Positions 30,151-39,514 of a stretch of 57,714 bases of DNA are shown here, piece after piece. The DNA lies in IMG/VR virus record IMGVR_UViG_3300021964_000020, one strand, 5' to 3'. This DNA comes from an uncultured virus (IMG/VR IMGVR_UViG_3300021964_000020) (Duplodnaviria > Heunggongvirae > Uroviricota > Caudoviricetes). A program made the translations under genes and the position numbers. Under the pieces are notes generated by a model, which worked only from the letters and a program-made list of their open reading frames with translations, was not told where the DNA came from and did not search any database. Numbering within the stretch: position 1 is the stretch's first letter; every line of letters starts with the position of its first letter.

Positions 30151-30886
30151 AAAAGTCAACCCCAAAGTCGATTCTAAAAGTGACTTGTTCTCCTGATGGG
30201 GCTATAACTTGTTGTGTCAAATCGACACCGGGTTTGTTATCTGCAACATATTTCCTGAATTTTTGAGAATCAAGAATAGGTAATGTTTCGATAAAGTTCC
30301 TAATGTTCATAGGATCAGGATTACCCGCAACAGATTTAATTAATTTTTCCAATCTCTTCGTTACGATTGGTGGGTTTCCTAAACCATTCCAATTCCTTTC
30401 TATCAGACTTAATTCCTCTTCGTCTTTATTGGATAGAAAATTAAAGGTAACGTCGACACCTGATTTTTCCATTCTATATGGATAATCACCATTCTCGTCT
30501 TCTTTGAGGTTGAATTCTTTATATGTTAATTCAGACAAGTCAACTGTATGTTCAAAAACCTCCTCCGTTTTAGGATCTTTAAGACTTAATTTAAGTTCAG
30601 GTCCAAATGCGGTGTTCCTTAAAAAAATTAAGATTGCTTGTTGATCTTCTACGGTTAATTCCTCTACAGGAACTTCTTTAGTAAGAATCTTTCTTTTAAG
30701 TAATTCAGTAATCACATCCCCCTTTGCAACCAAGTTTGGTGAGGATAAGATGTTCTCATCCGCAGCAGTTAGGTACGCAACCTTAAGTGCCTTGGTTTTT
30801 GAAGGGTACATAAGTCCCCTACTTGGTAATTCAACTACATCATATGCAATTGTTGGGTCTATCCCATATTGAGGTCTGTCTTCCAT
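30128..30886 (-). CDS. Tail assembly chaperone / baseplate hub assembly protein (T4 gp26-like)
   Basis: 'VELPSRGL.YP', 'LTAADENIL', 'D..AILIFLR..AFG', 'PGVDL', C-terminal 'GVDFFRP'; located between tube and tape measure. Confidence 0.8.
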   Translation of the reverse strand: MEDRPQYGIDPTIAYDVVELPSRGLMYPSKTKALKVAYLTAADENILSSPNLVAKGDVITELLKRKILTKEVPVEELTVEDQQAILIFLRNTAFGPELKLSLKDPKTEEVFEHTVDLSELTYKEFNLKEDENGDYPYRMEKSGVDVTFNFLSNKDEEELSLIERNWNGLGNPPIVTKRLEKLIKSVAGNPDPMNIRNFIETLPILDSQKFRKYVADNKPGVDLTQQVIAPSGEQVTFRIDFGVDFFRPFYGL

Positions 30887-30935
30887 ATAGTTAAAATGTA
30901 TACATTAAATATCAAAAAGTAAAGTTTATTTAAAA

Positions 30936-30966
30936 TAAAAAAGGGAACCCCGTTAAGAGTTCCCTT
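30936..30966 (-). terminator. Rho-independent terminator after the tail tube gene
   Basis: AAGGGAAC/GTTCCCTT stem followed by a T-run on the minus strand. Confidence 0.8.
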
Positions 30967-30990
30967 ATAAATATTAGACAGATTTTTTTC

Positions 30991-31479
30991 TTAGTAAACT
31001 TGGATACATCTATCCATTCTCAATGTACAATCGATAGTTGCAAGTGCATCGTTGTTGTAATCTAATTCGTTGAAGTTCAAATCAGTGATAAATGTTCCTT
31101 GTAGAATCCATTTTTCAACTACAACACCTGTTGGATCTAACATTTCCAACTCAATGTCTTTCTTGTAACCCGCAGCGTAACCCATTCTACCTGTTACAGA
31201 CTCTGCGTGTAGTCTGAACCACTCCATCAACGCTTGAGATGCTGAAGGACCAATTGGATCTTTGAATTTAACTCTTAATTCATTCCAAACGAATCTACCT
31301 GCAACGTAAGTTGATGTATTTAGGAAAGGAATTTCAACAGAGTTGATTTTTGCACTCGGTCTTGCTGCCGAAGTAACATACCATTCGTTGATACCCAAAC
31401 TTGAAGGGAATCTAACGATAAATCGGTTAACTCTTTTCGGTTCATAAGGAACCGGCATTTTCATTAATAAATCTGCCAT
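30991..31479 (-). CDS. Tail tube protein (T4 gp19-like)
   Basis: 'EPKRVNRF', 'YVAGRFVW', 'YKKDIELEMLDPTG.VVEKW.L.G.F'; immediately after the sheath gene. Confidence 0.92.
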   Translation of the reverse strand: MADLLMKMPVPYEPKRVNRFIVRFPSSLGINEWYVTSAARPSAKINSVEIPFLNTSTYVAGRFVWNELRVKFKDPIGPSASQALMEWFRLHAESVTGRMGYAAGYKKDIELEMLDPTGVVVEKWILQGTFITDLNFNELDYNNDALATIDCTLRMDRCIQVY

Positions 31480-31561
31480 GTCTGTATATTTGTTATCTTT
31501 TTATTCTTTTATTATAAATATATCTCTTATCGAAATATTTTTATTTTGTTTTGGAAAGTAC

Positions 31562-31590
31562 TTGACTTTGTCAAAAATTTTCCGTATTTT
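31562..31590 (+). promoter_or_regulatory. Sigma70-type promoter on the + strand in the tube-sheath gap
   Basis: TTGACT (31562-31567), 17-nt spacer, TATTTT (31585-31590); same architecture as the ssb promoter. Confidence 0.55.
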
Positions 31591-31596
31591 TTTGTT

Positions 31597-31730
31597 ACCC
31601 GGTAATATTAGCAAGTAAAATTAAATAAATAATTAAAGTTGCTATTATAATTAGCCAGTATACCGGGTGTCATCTCAATTTTTACTTTTGGATAGGGGAG
31701 AGTCGTAAGACCCTCCCTTTTCCTTTTATT
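31597..31730 (+). ncRNA. Candidate small structured RNA (~130 nt)
   Basis: Bounded by the promoter above and a GTAA-tetraloop hairpin with T-tail; nested stems ACCCGGTA/TACCGGGT and TAGCAA/TTGCTA. Confidence 0.45.
31690..31730 (+). terminator. Terminator-like hairpin with its T-tail on the + strand
   Basis: GGATAGGGGAGAGTC-GTAA-GACCCTCCCTTTTCC followed by TTTTATT. Confidence 0.65.
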
Positions 31731-31732
31731 AT

Positions 31733-34555
31733 TTAGATGTTCTCGAATGATGCACCTGTTGGTGTTATCAAGAATTCTACATCAATAAATTCCAATGATC
31801 TTGTTGGTTTGACATAAATCTTACCTCTTAGTGTATTTGCATCAATATCCTCAGGATCGTTTGATACAGTTACTCGGAATTCGTATAAACCTCTTTCTTT
31901 CTTAATTGATTCAAGAATTGGATTTACCAATCTTAAGAACTCATTTCTTACTTGTTCGTCGTTTTGTTCGAATAATAATCTTACCGCGACTGCCGAAATA
32001 AGTTTTCTTGCTCTTAATAACAATCTTCTTACGTTAATTCTATCAAGTGCCGATTCTCTAACCTGTAAGGTTTTGTTACCCCAAATGATAGTACCCGTAT
32101 CTGAGAATGTTGCGATTGGGTTAATTCTTGCTTTGTATAGATCATCTCTATTATCCAAAGTAAGTTTCTTCTTCGCTTTAATTGCGTTTACTAAACCTCT
32201 TTGGTAACCCGCCACTGCGAACCAAGGATAAGAAACGTTATCGGTCAATGCGATATTCTTAACAACTTCACCTGTAGGTGGGATGTATAATTGAGTTGCA
32301 TTATCCCCATCTCTTACTTGGATCCAAGGCCAATAGGTTGCTGTATAGTTAGTATCTAAATCAACAGTGTCTAACTGATCAATAATTTCATCAACATCTG
32401 ACGTGTTAGGTGCGTTTACAATATATAATGAATCCGCTCTATCACCTTCAACCATATCGATTGCCTGATTAACCAATGAACTGTGGTTATAGAAATCAAT
32501 ACCCGGTGTTGCGAAGATGTTAATATCTACTGATTCAGGGTTAGAGAATGTTTCAATTGCCTGTAAGTATGCGTAGTAATCTGAATTACCCACTGCAGAA
32601 CTGAATACACCACCGTTGGTTGTGTGTCCACTTACATAAGTGTTCTTACCGAAAATGTGACCATCTCCATTAGTTCTTGTACCTCTGTAGATATCCCATC
32701 CATCGAAACCACCACATACTGCCAATGTGAACTTTCTAAATGATTTTGAATCTAATTTTCCTTTATCCGCACCTTCTAAATCGTAAGGTGTTGTCTTATA
32801 ACCTGTCGGTGCATTAACTGATAAGTGGAATCCATGTGAAGTTTGAGACGCCGCATTTCCTTTATAGTGGAATAAATCAGAATCCAAACCAATTTGACTT
32901 GATAAACCTAAAGTTACCTTTCTTACTTTATCACCGTTTGTTAATTCAGGTTCACCTAAAGAAGAGTACCCAATAACATCACCTGCATCATTGTATTTGG
33001 TTTTATATAATACATTACCAATCTTACTTGTACCTAAAAGATCTGAAGTAAATCCTTTAAATCCAGCAGGGAATGCATCTACAGGGTGATCTTCCGCTAA
33101 GTTCAACATAATATATTTAGATCTTAGTTCGTATTCACCATCTGATGTACCAATCTTTCTACCAATGTACCCCGGTAAATCAGGATTCATTGAACATCTT
33201 GAGAACTTCTCAAGTACTGACATATTATCATCAGTGTCATTGAAATCTCTAACGATTAAATCAAATTCGCCCGTTTCAATATCAATGTTTTGGATTTGTA
33301 TTTTTACTTGATTGTTTGCTGCGTCACCGTCAGAAATACTTACGATACTAAATAGATCTGAAACAGTACCACCTCTCACTTCCGATACGATGGTTGGTGA
33401 TGCGGGAGTATCCCACTGATTTAAGAAGTCATTGTCGACATCGTGATACACAACATCAGTAGATAAACCTCTTACTAAACCTAAATCGTGTAAAGATTTT
33501 AATAGGTTAGGGTATTCCTCGAATACATAAACAGGGAATTCACCTTTTTTCTTATCAAAAACATCACTACCCAATACTTTAGATACATACTTTGTTGATG
33601 AAACATCTAAAGAACATGTGAATGTTTTAGAACCACTTGTTGATCCAACCGCAGTTAATGTGAATTCACCAAGAGGATTAGATCCGATTTCAGTAGATGA
33701 AATAGTTAGATCGGTATTGCCCGTAACTTCAAGTTCTAATGATTCACCATCATACGAACCTCTCGATCTTAATGCCAATACAATCATATTGTCATAGTCG
33801 GCGTTTACTTCCGCAGACCACTCATATTGTGCAATGTTCCATCCATTATTTGCTGTGCTCCACACAAACAAGTATGAATAAACACCATCTATATTTCCTA
33901 AACCATCCTCCTTAAAGAATGTGTTGTACCAATTATTATTTGAGTTACTACCAATAGGTCCTGTGATTTGTAATGAGTCGGTTAATGATGCTGTATCATT
34001 CCCATCTACATGACCGATTGTGAACCATGTTCCGTCTTGTACCGTTAATCCTGTTATAAAATCAGGGATTGATGTACCGTCGTTTGCTGTTTTGTCAGAT
34101 AAATCATTGTAGAATGCTGACCCTGCGATACTTAAATCCGTGTTCGCGTTTGGTGTAGCACCTGATAAACTGTTAACATCTGAATTAGTTAACGTATCTA
34201 AATCTACAGTAATTCCTCCTAATGTTTTAATCCCGAAAGTTTTTAGTGGTTTATATCCTGTTAAACCTAAAACTCTCGTTACGAAAAGTTGATTTGATTC
34301 TTGTAGGTATGATTTTGCAACATATCCTAATTCATATTTAGGGTTACCATCTGAAAATTTTACAGGGGAGGTAGGACCAAAATAGGTTTTGAATTCATCA
34401 AAATTTCTTATTAGAATTGGTTCAAATGCGGGTCCTTGAATAGTTTCACCCGCCAAACCTAAGGTAGTTACACCTACACTTTGAGCTACGAACGTTAGAT
34501 CCTTCTCTGATGTATACACACCCGGAGAAACGAATACTCTGTTTGAATTTGCCAT
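31733..34555 (-). CDS. Tail sheath protein (T4 gp18-like)
   Basis: 'FVSPGVYTSEKD', 'GPAFEP', 'ATYWPW', 'PWFAVAG..RG', 'INPIATF', 'IWGNKTL', 'RINVRRLL'. Confidence 0.96.
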   Translation of the reverse strand: MANSNRVFVSPGVYTSEKDLTFVAQSVGVTTLGLAGETIQGPAFEPILIRNFDEFKTYFGPTSPVKFSDGNPKYELGYVAKSYLQESNQLFVTRVLGLTGYKPLKTFGIKTLGGITVDLDTLTNSDVNSLSGATPNANTDLSIAGSAFYNDLSDKTANDGTSIPDFITGLTVQDGTWFTIGHVDGNDTASLTDSLQITGPIGSNSNNNWYNTFFKEDGLGNIDGVYSYLFVWSTANNGWNIAQYEWSAEVNADYDNMIVLALRSRGSYDGESLELEVTGNTDLTISSTEIGSNPLGEFTLTAVGSTSGSKTFTCSLDVSSTKYVSKVLGSDVFDKKKGEFPVYVFEEYPNLLKSLHDLGLVRGLSTDVVYHDVDNDFLNQWDTPASPTIVSEVRGGTVSDLFSIVSISDGDAANNQVKIQIQNIDIETGEFDLIVRDFNDTDDNMSVLEKFSRCSMNPDLPGYIGRKIGTSDGEYELRSKYIMLNLAEDHPVDAFPAGFKGFTSDLLGTSKIGNVLYKTKYNDAGDVIGYSSLGEPELTNGDKVRKVTLGLSSQIGLDSDLFHYKGNAASQTSHGFHLSVNAPTGYKTTPYDLEGADKGKLDSKSFRKFTLAVCGGFDGWDIYRGTRTNGDGHIFGKNTYVSGHTTNGGVFSSAVGNSDYYAYLQAIETFSNPESVDINIFATPGIDFYNHSSLVNQAIDMVEGDRADSLYIVNAPNTSDVDEIIDQLDTVDLDTNYTATYWPWIQVRDGDNATQLYIPPTGEVVKNIALTDNVSYPWFAVAGYQRGLVNAIKAKKKLTLDNRDDLYKARINPIATFSDTGTIIWGNKTLQVRESALDRINVRRLLLRARKLISAVAVRLLFEQNDEQVRNEFLRLVNPILESIKKERGLYEFRVTVSNDPEDIDANTLRGKIYVKPTRSLEFIDVEFLITPTGASFENI

Positions 34556-34674
34556 CGATTACTTGAGTTATATTTTTTATTGTCTTTATATAAATATCTT
34601 TGTTTTTAGTAAAGATTTCTCAACTTTTTTATTTTGAGATATTTAAAGATATAATTGTATCCTTTTTTATCTTT

Positions 34675-34833
34675 ATGAGTATTCGAAAAACAAAAAACCT
34701 TAAAATCAGTGATAGGCACCATGATAAACTAAAGTCATACTGTGATGAACATGGTATGAAGATTTATAAGGTCGTGGAAATGTGGGTGGATAAGTATTGT
34801 ACTGATCGAAAAAAGGACCTATATGGTGAATAG
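34675..34833 (+). CDS. Small ribbon-helix-helix-like DNA-binding protein (52 aa)
   Basis: MSIRKTKNLKISDRHHDKLKSYCDEHGMKIYKVVEMWV: beta-strand then two helices, typical RHH pattern. Start reassigned to ATG 34675. Confidence 0.65.
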   Translation: MSIRKTKNLKISDRHHDKLKSYCDEHGMKIYKVVEMWVDKYCTDRKKDLYGE

Positions 34834-36066
34834 TTAGAATAGATAAGTCACACCAATCCTTGCTCCAATTCTCGGTGTCCCTTTTAAAGTAATTTCAGTT
34901 CCTGAAGAAATATCAAAGTCTTCCCCTTCTTCTTGTAAAAGACCGTTAATATCTAAACTTATTACACTATCAATATTATTAGTCGTGGTGAATGATACCG
35001 ATGATCCATCATATGTGAAGTATTCGGTAGATACCTGTCTAACGTTACCCTCACTATCAACAAAGACACTCGACCTACCTTTATAATAAGTGATGGTTAC
35101 CTTTGAGTTCTCTCTTGGAGGTTCAACGAATGTAATTTTAGAGGTCAGTGCGACATGATAAAAATCAATATCCCTTTCTTGAACAAGACCATTTATTGAA
35201 ACATTAAATAAAATACCTATAGTTTCTCCTACACTGAATACTGTTTGAAGTCCATCAGCAGTGAACGTGGCAACAGATATTTCTAAATTTTTAGTGAGAT
35301 ATTTCTTTTCGTAATTATTACTTTGAATAAATTCATTCATTAAGAATAATCTACTCACCGCAGGTTTAACCTCGAATTCTTGATCATCAATTAAAAAACC
35401 AAGTAAAACGAATCTATAATTTTGAACGTAAAATCTACGAGAATCTAATTCAACGGGTGTGTTGTCTTCAATATTATCCAATACAATTGGTACATAATGG
35501 CCTTTCACTGTCGTGTATGCCTGACGTGATGAGAATTTCTGTAGTACTATTTGATTGAATTTATTTAAATCTCTGAATTTAGTACATACAATACTTACCT
35601 CGTAAGTTATATCAATTGCCACGGGTTGGGGTATCTTATATATGTCAGCACCCATTTGAGTACCATTCCATGTTGGTACTGTTGCATAGTGGAATTGTTG
35701 TCTATCAGGTATTGTTCTTTGTAAACTCGGATTAGTTCCCGGCTGTACGTCAGGTCTTCTAATAACTGCAATAAAAGGTAGGGATGGATTTCCATCCAAA
35801 TCCGCGAAATCCCACGTGTTTGTAAATTCACCCCATCTCTGTATGGTTAATATTTTTGGTATAATAGGTACCTGTCCTCCGTCAGATAAAACACTAAAGT
35901 TTTGTTTGACAAAGTCTAACATTCCTAAATCCAAATCATCATGAAGTACTGAATCAGGTAAAAAAGAATCCCCTTGCGTTATTTTATCTAATAACTCCTG
36001 TCTTCTCTCCACCAATTCATTTCCTTGGTAAACCTTTACGTTGTTTTTTCTTTTAGGATATCCCAT
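34834..36066 (-). CDS. Tail completion / sheath stabiliser (gp15-like) with two C-terminal beta-sandwich repeats
   Basis: Lies between neck and sheath genes; 'SLPFIAV.R', 'P.AIDITYEV'; C-terminal repeats INGLVQERDIDF / INGLLQEEGEDF. Confidence 0.65.
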   Translation of the reverse strand: MGYPKRKNNVKVYQGNELVERRQELLDKITQGDSFLPDSVLHDDLDLGMLDFVKQNFSVLSDGGQVPIIPKILTIQRWGEFTNTWDFADLDGNPSLPFIAVIRRPDVQPGTNPSLQRTIPDRQQFHYATVPTWNGTQMGADIYKIPQPVAIDITYEVSIVCTKFRDLNKFNQIVLQKFSSRQAYTTVKGHYVPIVLDNIEDNTPVELDSRRFYVQNYRFVLLGFLIDDQEFEVKPAVSRLFLMNEFIQSNNYEKKYLTKNLEISVATFTADGLQTVFSVGETIGILFNVSINGLVQERDIDFYHVALTSKITFVEPPRENSKVTITYYKGRSSVFVDSEGNVRQVSTEYFTYDGSSVSFTTTNNIDSVISLDINGLLQEEGEDFDISSGTEITLKGTPRIGARIGVTYLF

Positions 36067-36578
36067 TATACACCTCTAAATTCTGCCTCTTGTGCCGGAA
36101 CACAAGTTATTGTTCTATAATATGGTTTGAAACCGAACATGTTGTGAGTATTGTCCGAAGTTACTCTACCATCATTACTTACGGTATAATACCTTATTTT
36201 ATCCTCTGTTTCAGGATATCCAATGAAGTCACCATATCTAATATCAATACCTAAATCCTGTAAGTGATCAATATAAACCGATAAGGTTAAATTACCGGGT
36301 TCCAAATATCTAACTGTACCATTCTTATAAGACGAGTTTTTAGGTTGTTCAATTTTAACCAACGCATTAAACTCAATGGGCGGGAAAAATTTGATCTGAT
36401 CTTTACCAACTTCGGCATAAACCGCATCAGTATCAGTACTCTCAGTATCAACCCTGTAAAGAACTAATTTCATATTTAAATCACCATGTAGATATTCCTT
36501 ACCTAATTGTAGGTTGAAATCGAAATCCTCATTTGAGAAGAATTTACTAAGTCTTGTGATTGGTAACTTTTTACTCAT
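36066..36578 (-). CDS. Neck / head-closure protein (gp14-like)
   Basis: 'LYRVD...TDAVYAE....KFFPPIE', 'IDIRYGDFI'; synteny with tail completion and sheath. Confidence 0.65.
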   Translation of the reverse strand: MSKKLPITRLSKFFSNEDFDFNLQLGKEYLHGDLNMKLVLYRVDTESTDTDAVYAEVGKDQIKFFPPIEFNALVKIEQPKNSSYKNGTVRYLEPGNLTLSVYIDHLQDLGIDIRYGDFIGYPETEDKIRYYTVSNDGRVTSDNTHNMFGFKPYYRTITCVPAQEAEFRGV

Positions 36579-36630
36579 ATACATAAATAGTTTAAATATT
36601 CATTTGAATTCCTTATATTTAAGTAAATGT

Positions 36631-38382
36631 ATGGGAAAGGAAATACCTGAAATAGAAGCGAGAGAAATACTAACGGGTTATACGGGGTATAATAACCAAA
36701 TTTTAGAGTGGCAGAAAAGATCTGAGTCCACAAAAAATTATAGTTTAACTCGACCACAATCGGATTATATTCTGAAGTATCATGATGTGAAACCGAAAGT
36801 GGCGAAAAAGTATATTCAAATTGCAAAACATTTTGGGTCCAAACTTCAGGAAGAAAGGTTGTTAATGAAACCTGTTGATCAAATTTGGGTTGAGAAACTT
36901 CTTTGTGAAACCGATAAAGCGTATCACATATGGGGAAACCTTACAAACGAAATGAAACCCGTTACAATGTGGATCCCAAAGGCATCGATTATACAGGAAG
37001 AAAAGACATTAGATAGAGAAGTTGATTATTCACCATACTCTAAAAGACCCCCAATGTCTCACCAAAAAGAAGCAATTGAAAAACTTCTCGCCAATGATAG
37101 GTTTATTCTTGCTGACGATATGGGTCTTGGTAAGACGACTTCCACTGTAATTGCCTCTATTGAAAGTAAGGCGAAGAAGGTGTTGATTGTGTGTCCTGCA
37201 TCACTAAAAATTAATTGGAAAAGAGAAATAGAAAATTACTCAGAAGACCATGTATTAATTGTCGAAGGAAAAAAGTGGGGTTCTACATTTAAGTATTATA
37301 TCATTAACTATGACATTCTTAAAAATTTCCACACCACTGAAAATAGTGAGGATAGTGAAGCATATCAAATCATTTTAAATGAAGGTTTTGATCTCGCCAT
37401 TGTAGATGAAGCCCATTACATCTCAAATAGTCAAGCACAACGAACTAAACTACTAAATGATATCTTGGCTAAGATCCCTAAGGTTTGGTTACTTACAGGT
37501 ACCCCTATGACCTCGAGACCTATTAATTATTATAACCTACTTAGGATTGTTAATTCACCACTTACCCTTAATTGGAAGAGTTATGTGATGAGGTATTGTA
37601 AGGGATATCAATTTAGAGTAGGTGGTAGGAAGATTTGGAATACGAGTGGTGCAAGTAATTTAGATGAATTAAGAGAACAAACTAAGGCGGTGGTCCTTAG
37701 AAGACTTAAGACCGATGTACTTGACTTACCTGAAAAAATTATATCCCCAATTTGGTTAGAATTAAAGAATTCATTCTATGATGATGAACTGACTGAATTT
37801 TTAAGGATTAGTGAAGAGAATAAAGAAAAAGAAAGTATTACCGTAACCCTAAACAGGTTAATGAAACTACGTCAACTCATCGCCATCGAGAAAGTAGAAC
37901 ACACCTGTGAACTAATAGATAAAGTGTTAGAACAAGGTAAGAAAGTTATTGTCTTCACAAACTTTACCATGTCACTTGACATGATACATGAAAAGTATAA
38001 AAAGAAGTCTGTTGTTTTAGATGGGAGAATGTCTAAAATCGCAAGACAAGAATCTGTGGATAGGTTCCAAAACGAAGATAAAATTAAAATCTTCATTGGT
38101 AATATTAAGGCTGCGGGAGTGGGTATTACCCTTACCGAGGCAGATACTGTTATTATGAATGACTTATCTTTTGTTCCCGCGGATCACTCACAAGCGGAGG
38201 ACAGGGCATATAGATACGGACAAAAGAACAGTGTACTTGTATATTATCCCGTGTTTGAGAATACCATCGAAATGACGGTATATAACATACTACAAAAGAA
38301 AAAGGGTATTATTGATCAAGTTATGGGCGACGGAGAGTATTCCGAAAGTTTTGCAAGTGAGTTAGTTAAAAGTATTAAGTAA
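36631..38382 (+). CDS. SNF2-family (HARP/SMARCAL1-like) ATP-dependent helicase
   Basis: 'LADDMGLGKT', 'VCPASLKINW', 'DEAH', 'LTGTP', 'AAGVGITLT.A', 'QAEDRAYRYGQ'. Start reassigned to ATG 36631. Confidence 0.92.
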   Translation: MGKEIPEIEAREILTGYTGYNNQILEWQKRSESTKNYSLTRPQSDYILKYHDVKPKVAKKYIQIAKHFGSKLQEERLLMKPVDQIWVEKLLCETDKAYHIWGNLTNEMKPVTMWIPKASIIQEEKTLDREVDYSPYSKRPPMSHQKEAIEKLLANDRFILADDMGLGKTTSTVIASIESKAKKVLIVCPASLKINWKREIENYSEDHVLIVEGKKWGSTFKYYIINYDILKNFHTTENSEDSEAYQIILNEGFDLAIVDEAHYISNSQAQRTKLLNDILAKIPKVWLLTGTPMTSRPINYYNLLRIVNSPLTLNWKSYVMRYCKGYQFRVGGRKIWNTSGASNLDELREQTKAVVLRRLKTDVLDLPEKIISPIWLELKNSFYDDELTEFLRISEENKEKESITVTLNRLMKLRQLIAIEKVEHTCELIDKVLEQGKKVIVFTNFTMSLDMIHEKYKKKSVVLDGRMSKIARQESVDRFQNEDKIKIFIGNIKAAGVGITLTEADTVIMNDLSFVPADHSQAEDRAYRYGQKNSVLVYYPVFENTIEMTVYNILQKKKGIIDQVMGDGEYSESFASELVKSIK

Positions 38383-39459
38383 AATATCTAAAGATTTTCT
38401 TAAATCTTCCTCAACAGATTCTATATCCACACCCCCAAACCCAATAGTTATTTGTTTATTTTTCACATTTAGGTCGACATAAGGTTCAACAGAATCAAAA
38501 ATGTTAAAAGTGTAACCAATAAGATTACATCTTCTAAAGATATCCATCAACAGTTTAAGTTGATCATCATCATTCTTTTCAAAAACATTCGTTAACCTAT
38601 CGTTAGGTATTGTTGTGGTTGAATTGGTAACTTCTATTGACTCGTCAGTCTCAATACCCTGTATATTAAATTCATATATTGTACCGTTGTTTTCAACAAC
38701 TAAGTAGTCTACGTCTCTATGTTTCCTTTTACTGACACTCGTTGGGATAATAACACAATCATTTTCATCGTCTAAAACCACTCGAATAGGGTGATGTGAG
38801 GAATCGTTACATCTCTTATGTTGATATTGAATATCAACACCATTGTCGATAATTGAAAAATCAACCCCACTATTATAATCTTCACCATCACCACGTTCTT
38901 TACCATATATCGGTATCATCTTAGTGTCTTTAATGACCATTCTCACATAAGACATTTCAGATAACATTGAATTGTACCATGAATATGATGTTGCAACCGA
39001 TAATTTATTAGATAATTCTGTCACTTCATATAGACCGAAAACCCTATCAAAATATTTGTCTATAAATGAGATTATCTGATCACATTCGGTTCTGAATGAC
39101 TCAGTTAACCCCCCGTAGGTTACTTCCTTATAATTTAGTCTCCCCTTTTTTATTAGATCATTATAAAAGTTAACCAACTCGAAGATGGCGGAATAGTTTG
39201 TTTCAATAGTATTAATGTATGACCATTTCCAATCTCCCCTTATTTTTTGCCATACACCCCATTTTGGTTGATTCCTATATAAATCCCAAACATCCTCGTT
39301 TATATCATACTTTGAGGTTACACCATCATAATCTTGTTTTGATATGACTTTATTAAGTGAAGAAATAAAATATGACTTATTCTCGCGATTGTTAACAAAT
39401 ACACTTTGAATGATTGTCCTATCTAATTTAATATTCCTTTTTAATTTCTGAATATCCAT
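38362..39459 (-). CDS. Hypothetical protein, possible PD-(D/E)XK-like nuclease fold
   Basis: 'EDYNSGVDFSII...IQYQHKR' resembles a D..GVD...QxK pattern; has its own TTG-17-TATATTTG promoter. Confidence 0.55.
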   Translation of the reverse strand: MDIQKLKRNIKLDRTIIQSVFVNNRENKSYFISSLNKVISKQDYDGVTSKYDINEDVWDLYRNQPKWGVWQKIRGDWKWSYINTIETNYSAIFELVNFYNDLIKKGRLNYKEVTYGGLTESFRTECDQIISFIDKYFDRVFGLYEVTELSNKLSVATSYSWYNSMLSEMSYVRMVIKDTKMIPIYGKERGDGEDYNSGVDFSIIDNGVDIQYQHKRCNDSSHHPIRVVLDDENDCVIIPTSVSKRKHRDVDYLVVENNGTIYEFNIQGIETDESIEVTNSTTTIPNDRLTNVFEKNDDDQLKLLMDIFRRCNLIGYTFNIFDSVEPYVDLNVKNKQITIGFGGVDIESVEEDLRKSLDILLNTFN

Positions 39460-39481
39460 CAAAATATACTAAGGGTTTTTA

Positions 39482-39512
39482 CAAATATAAACTATTTATT
39501 GTAATAACACAA
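39482..39512 (-). promoter_or_regulatory. Early-type promoter TTGTGT-17-TATATTTG
   Basis: TTGTGT (39512-39507), 17-nt spacer, TATATTTG (39489-39482); overlaps the divergent TATTTATT box of the neck gene. Confidence 0.55.
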
Positions 39513-39514
39513 GT

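Noticed and set aside
600..30485. Many 60-170 aa ORFs nested in or antisense to long genes (e.g. 600-812, 8230-8640, 11979-12365, 17965-18471)
   Set aside because: Fully overlapped by well-supported genes and lacking recognisable motifs.
30991..34555. Bacterial contractile injection system (eCIS or tailocin) instead of a phage
   Set aside because: Neck and head-closure proteins plus a full replication gene set indicate a phage genome.
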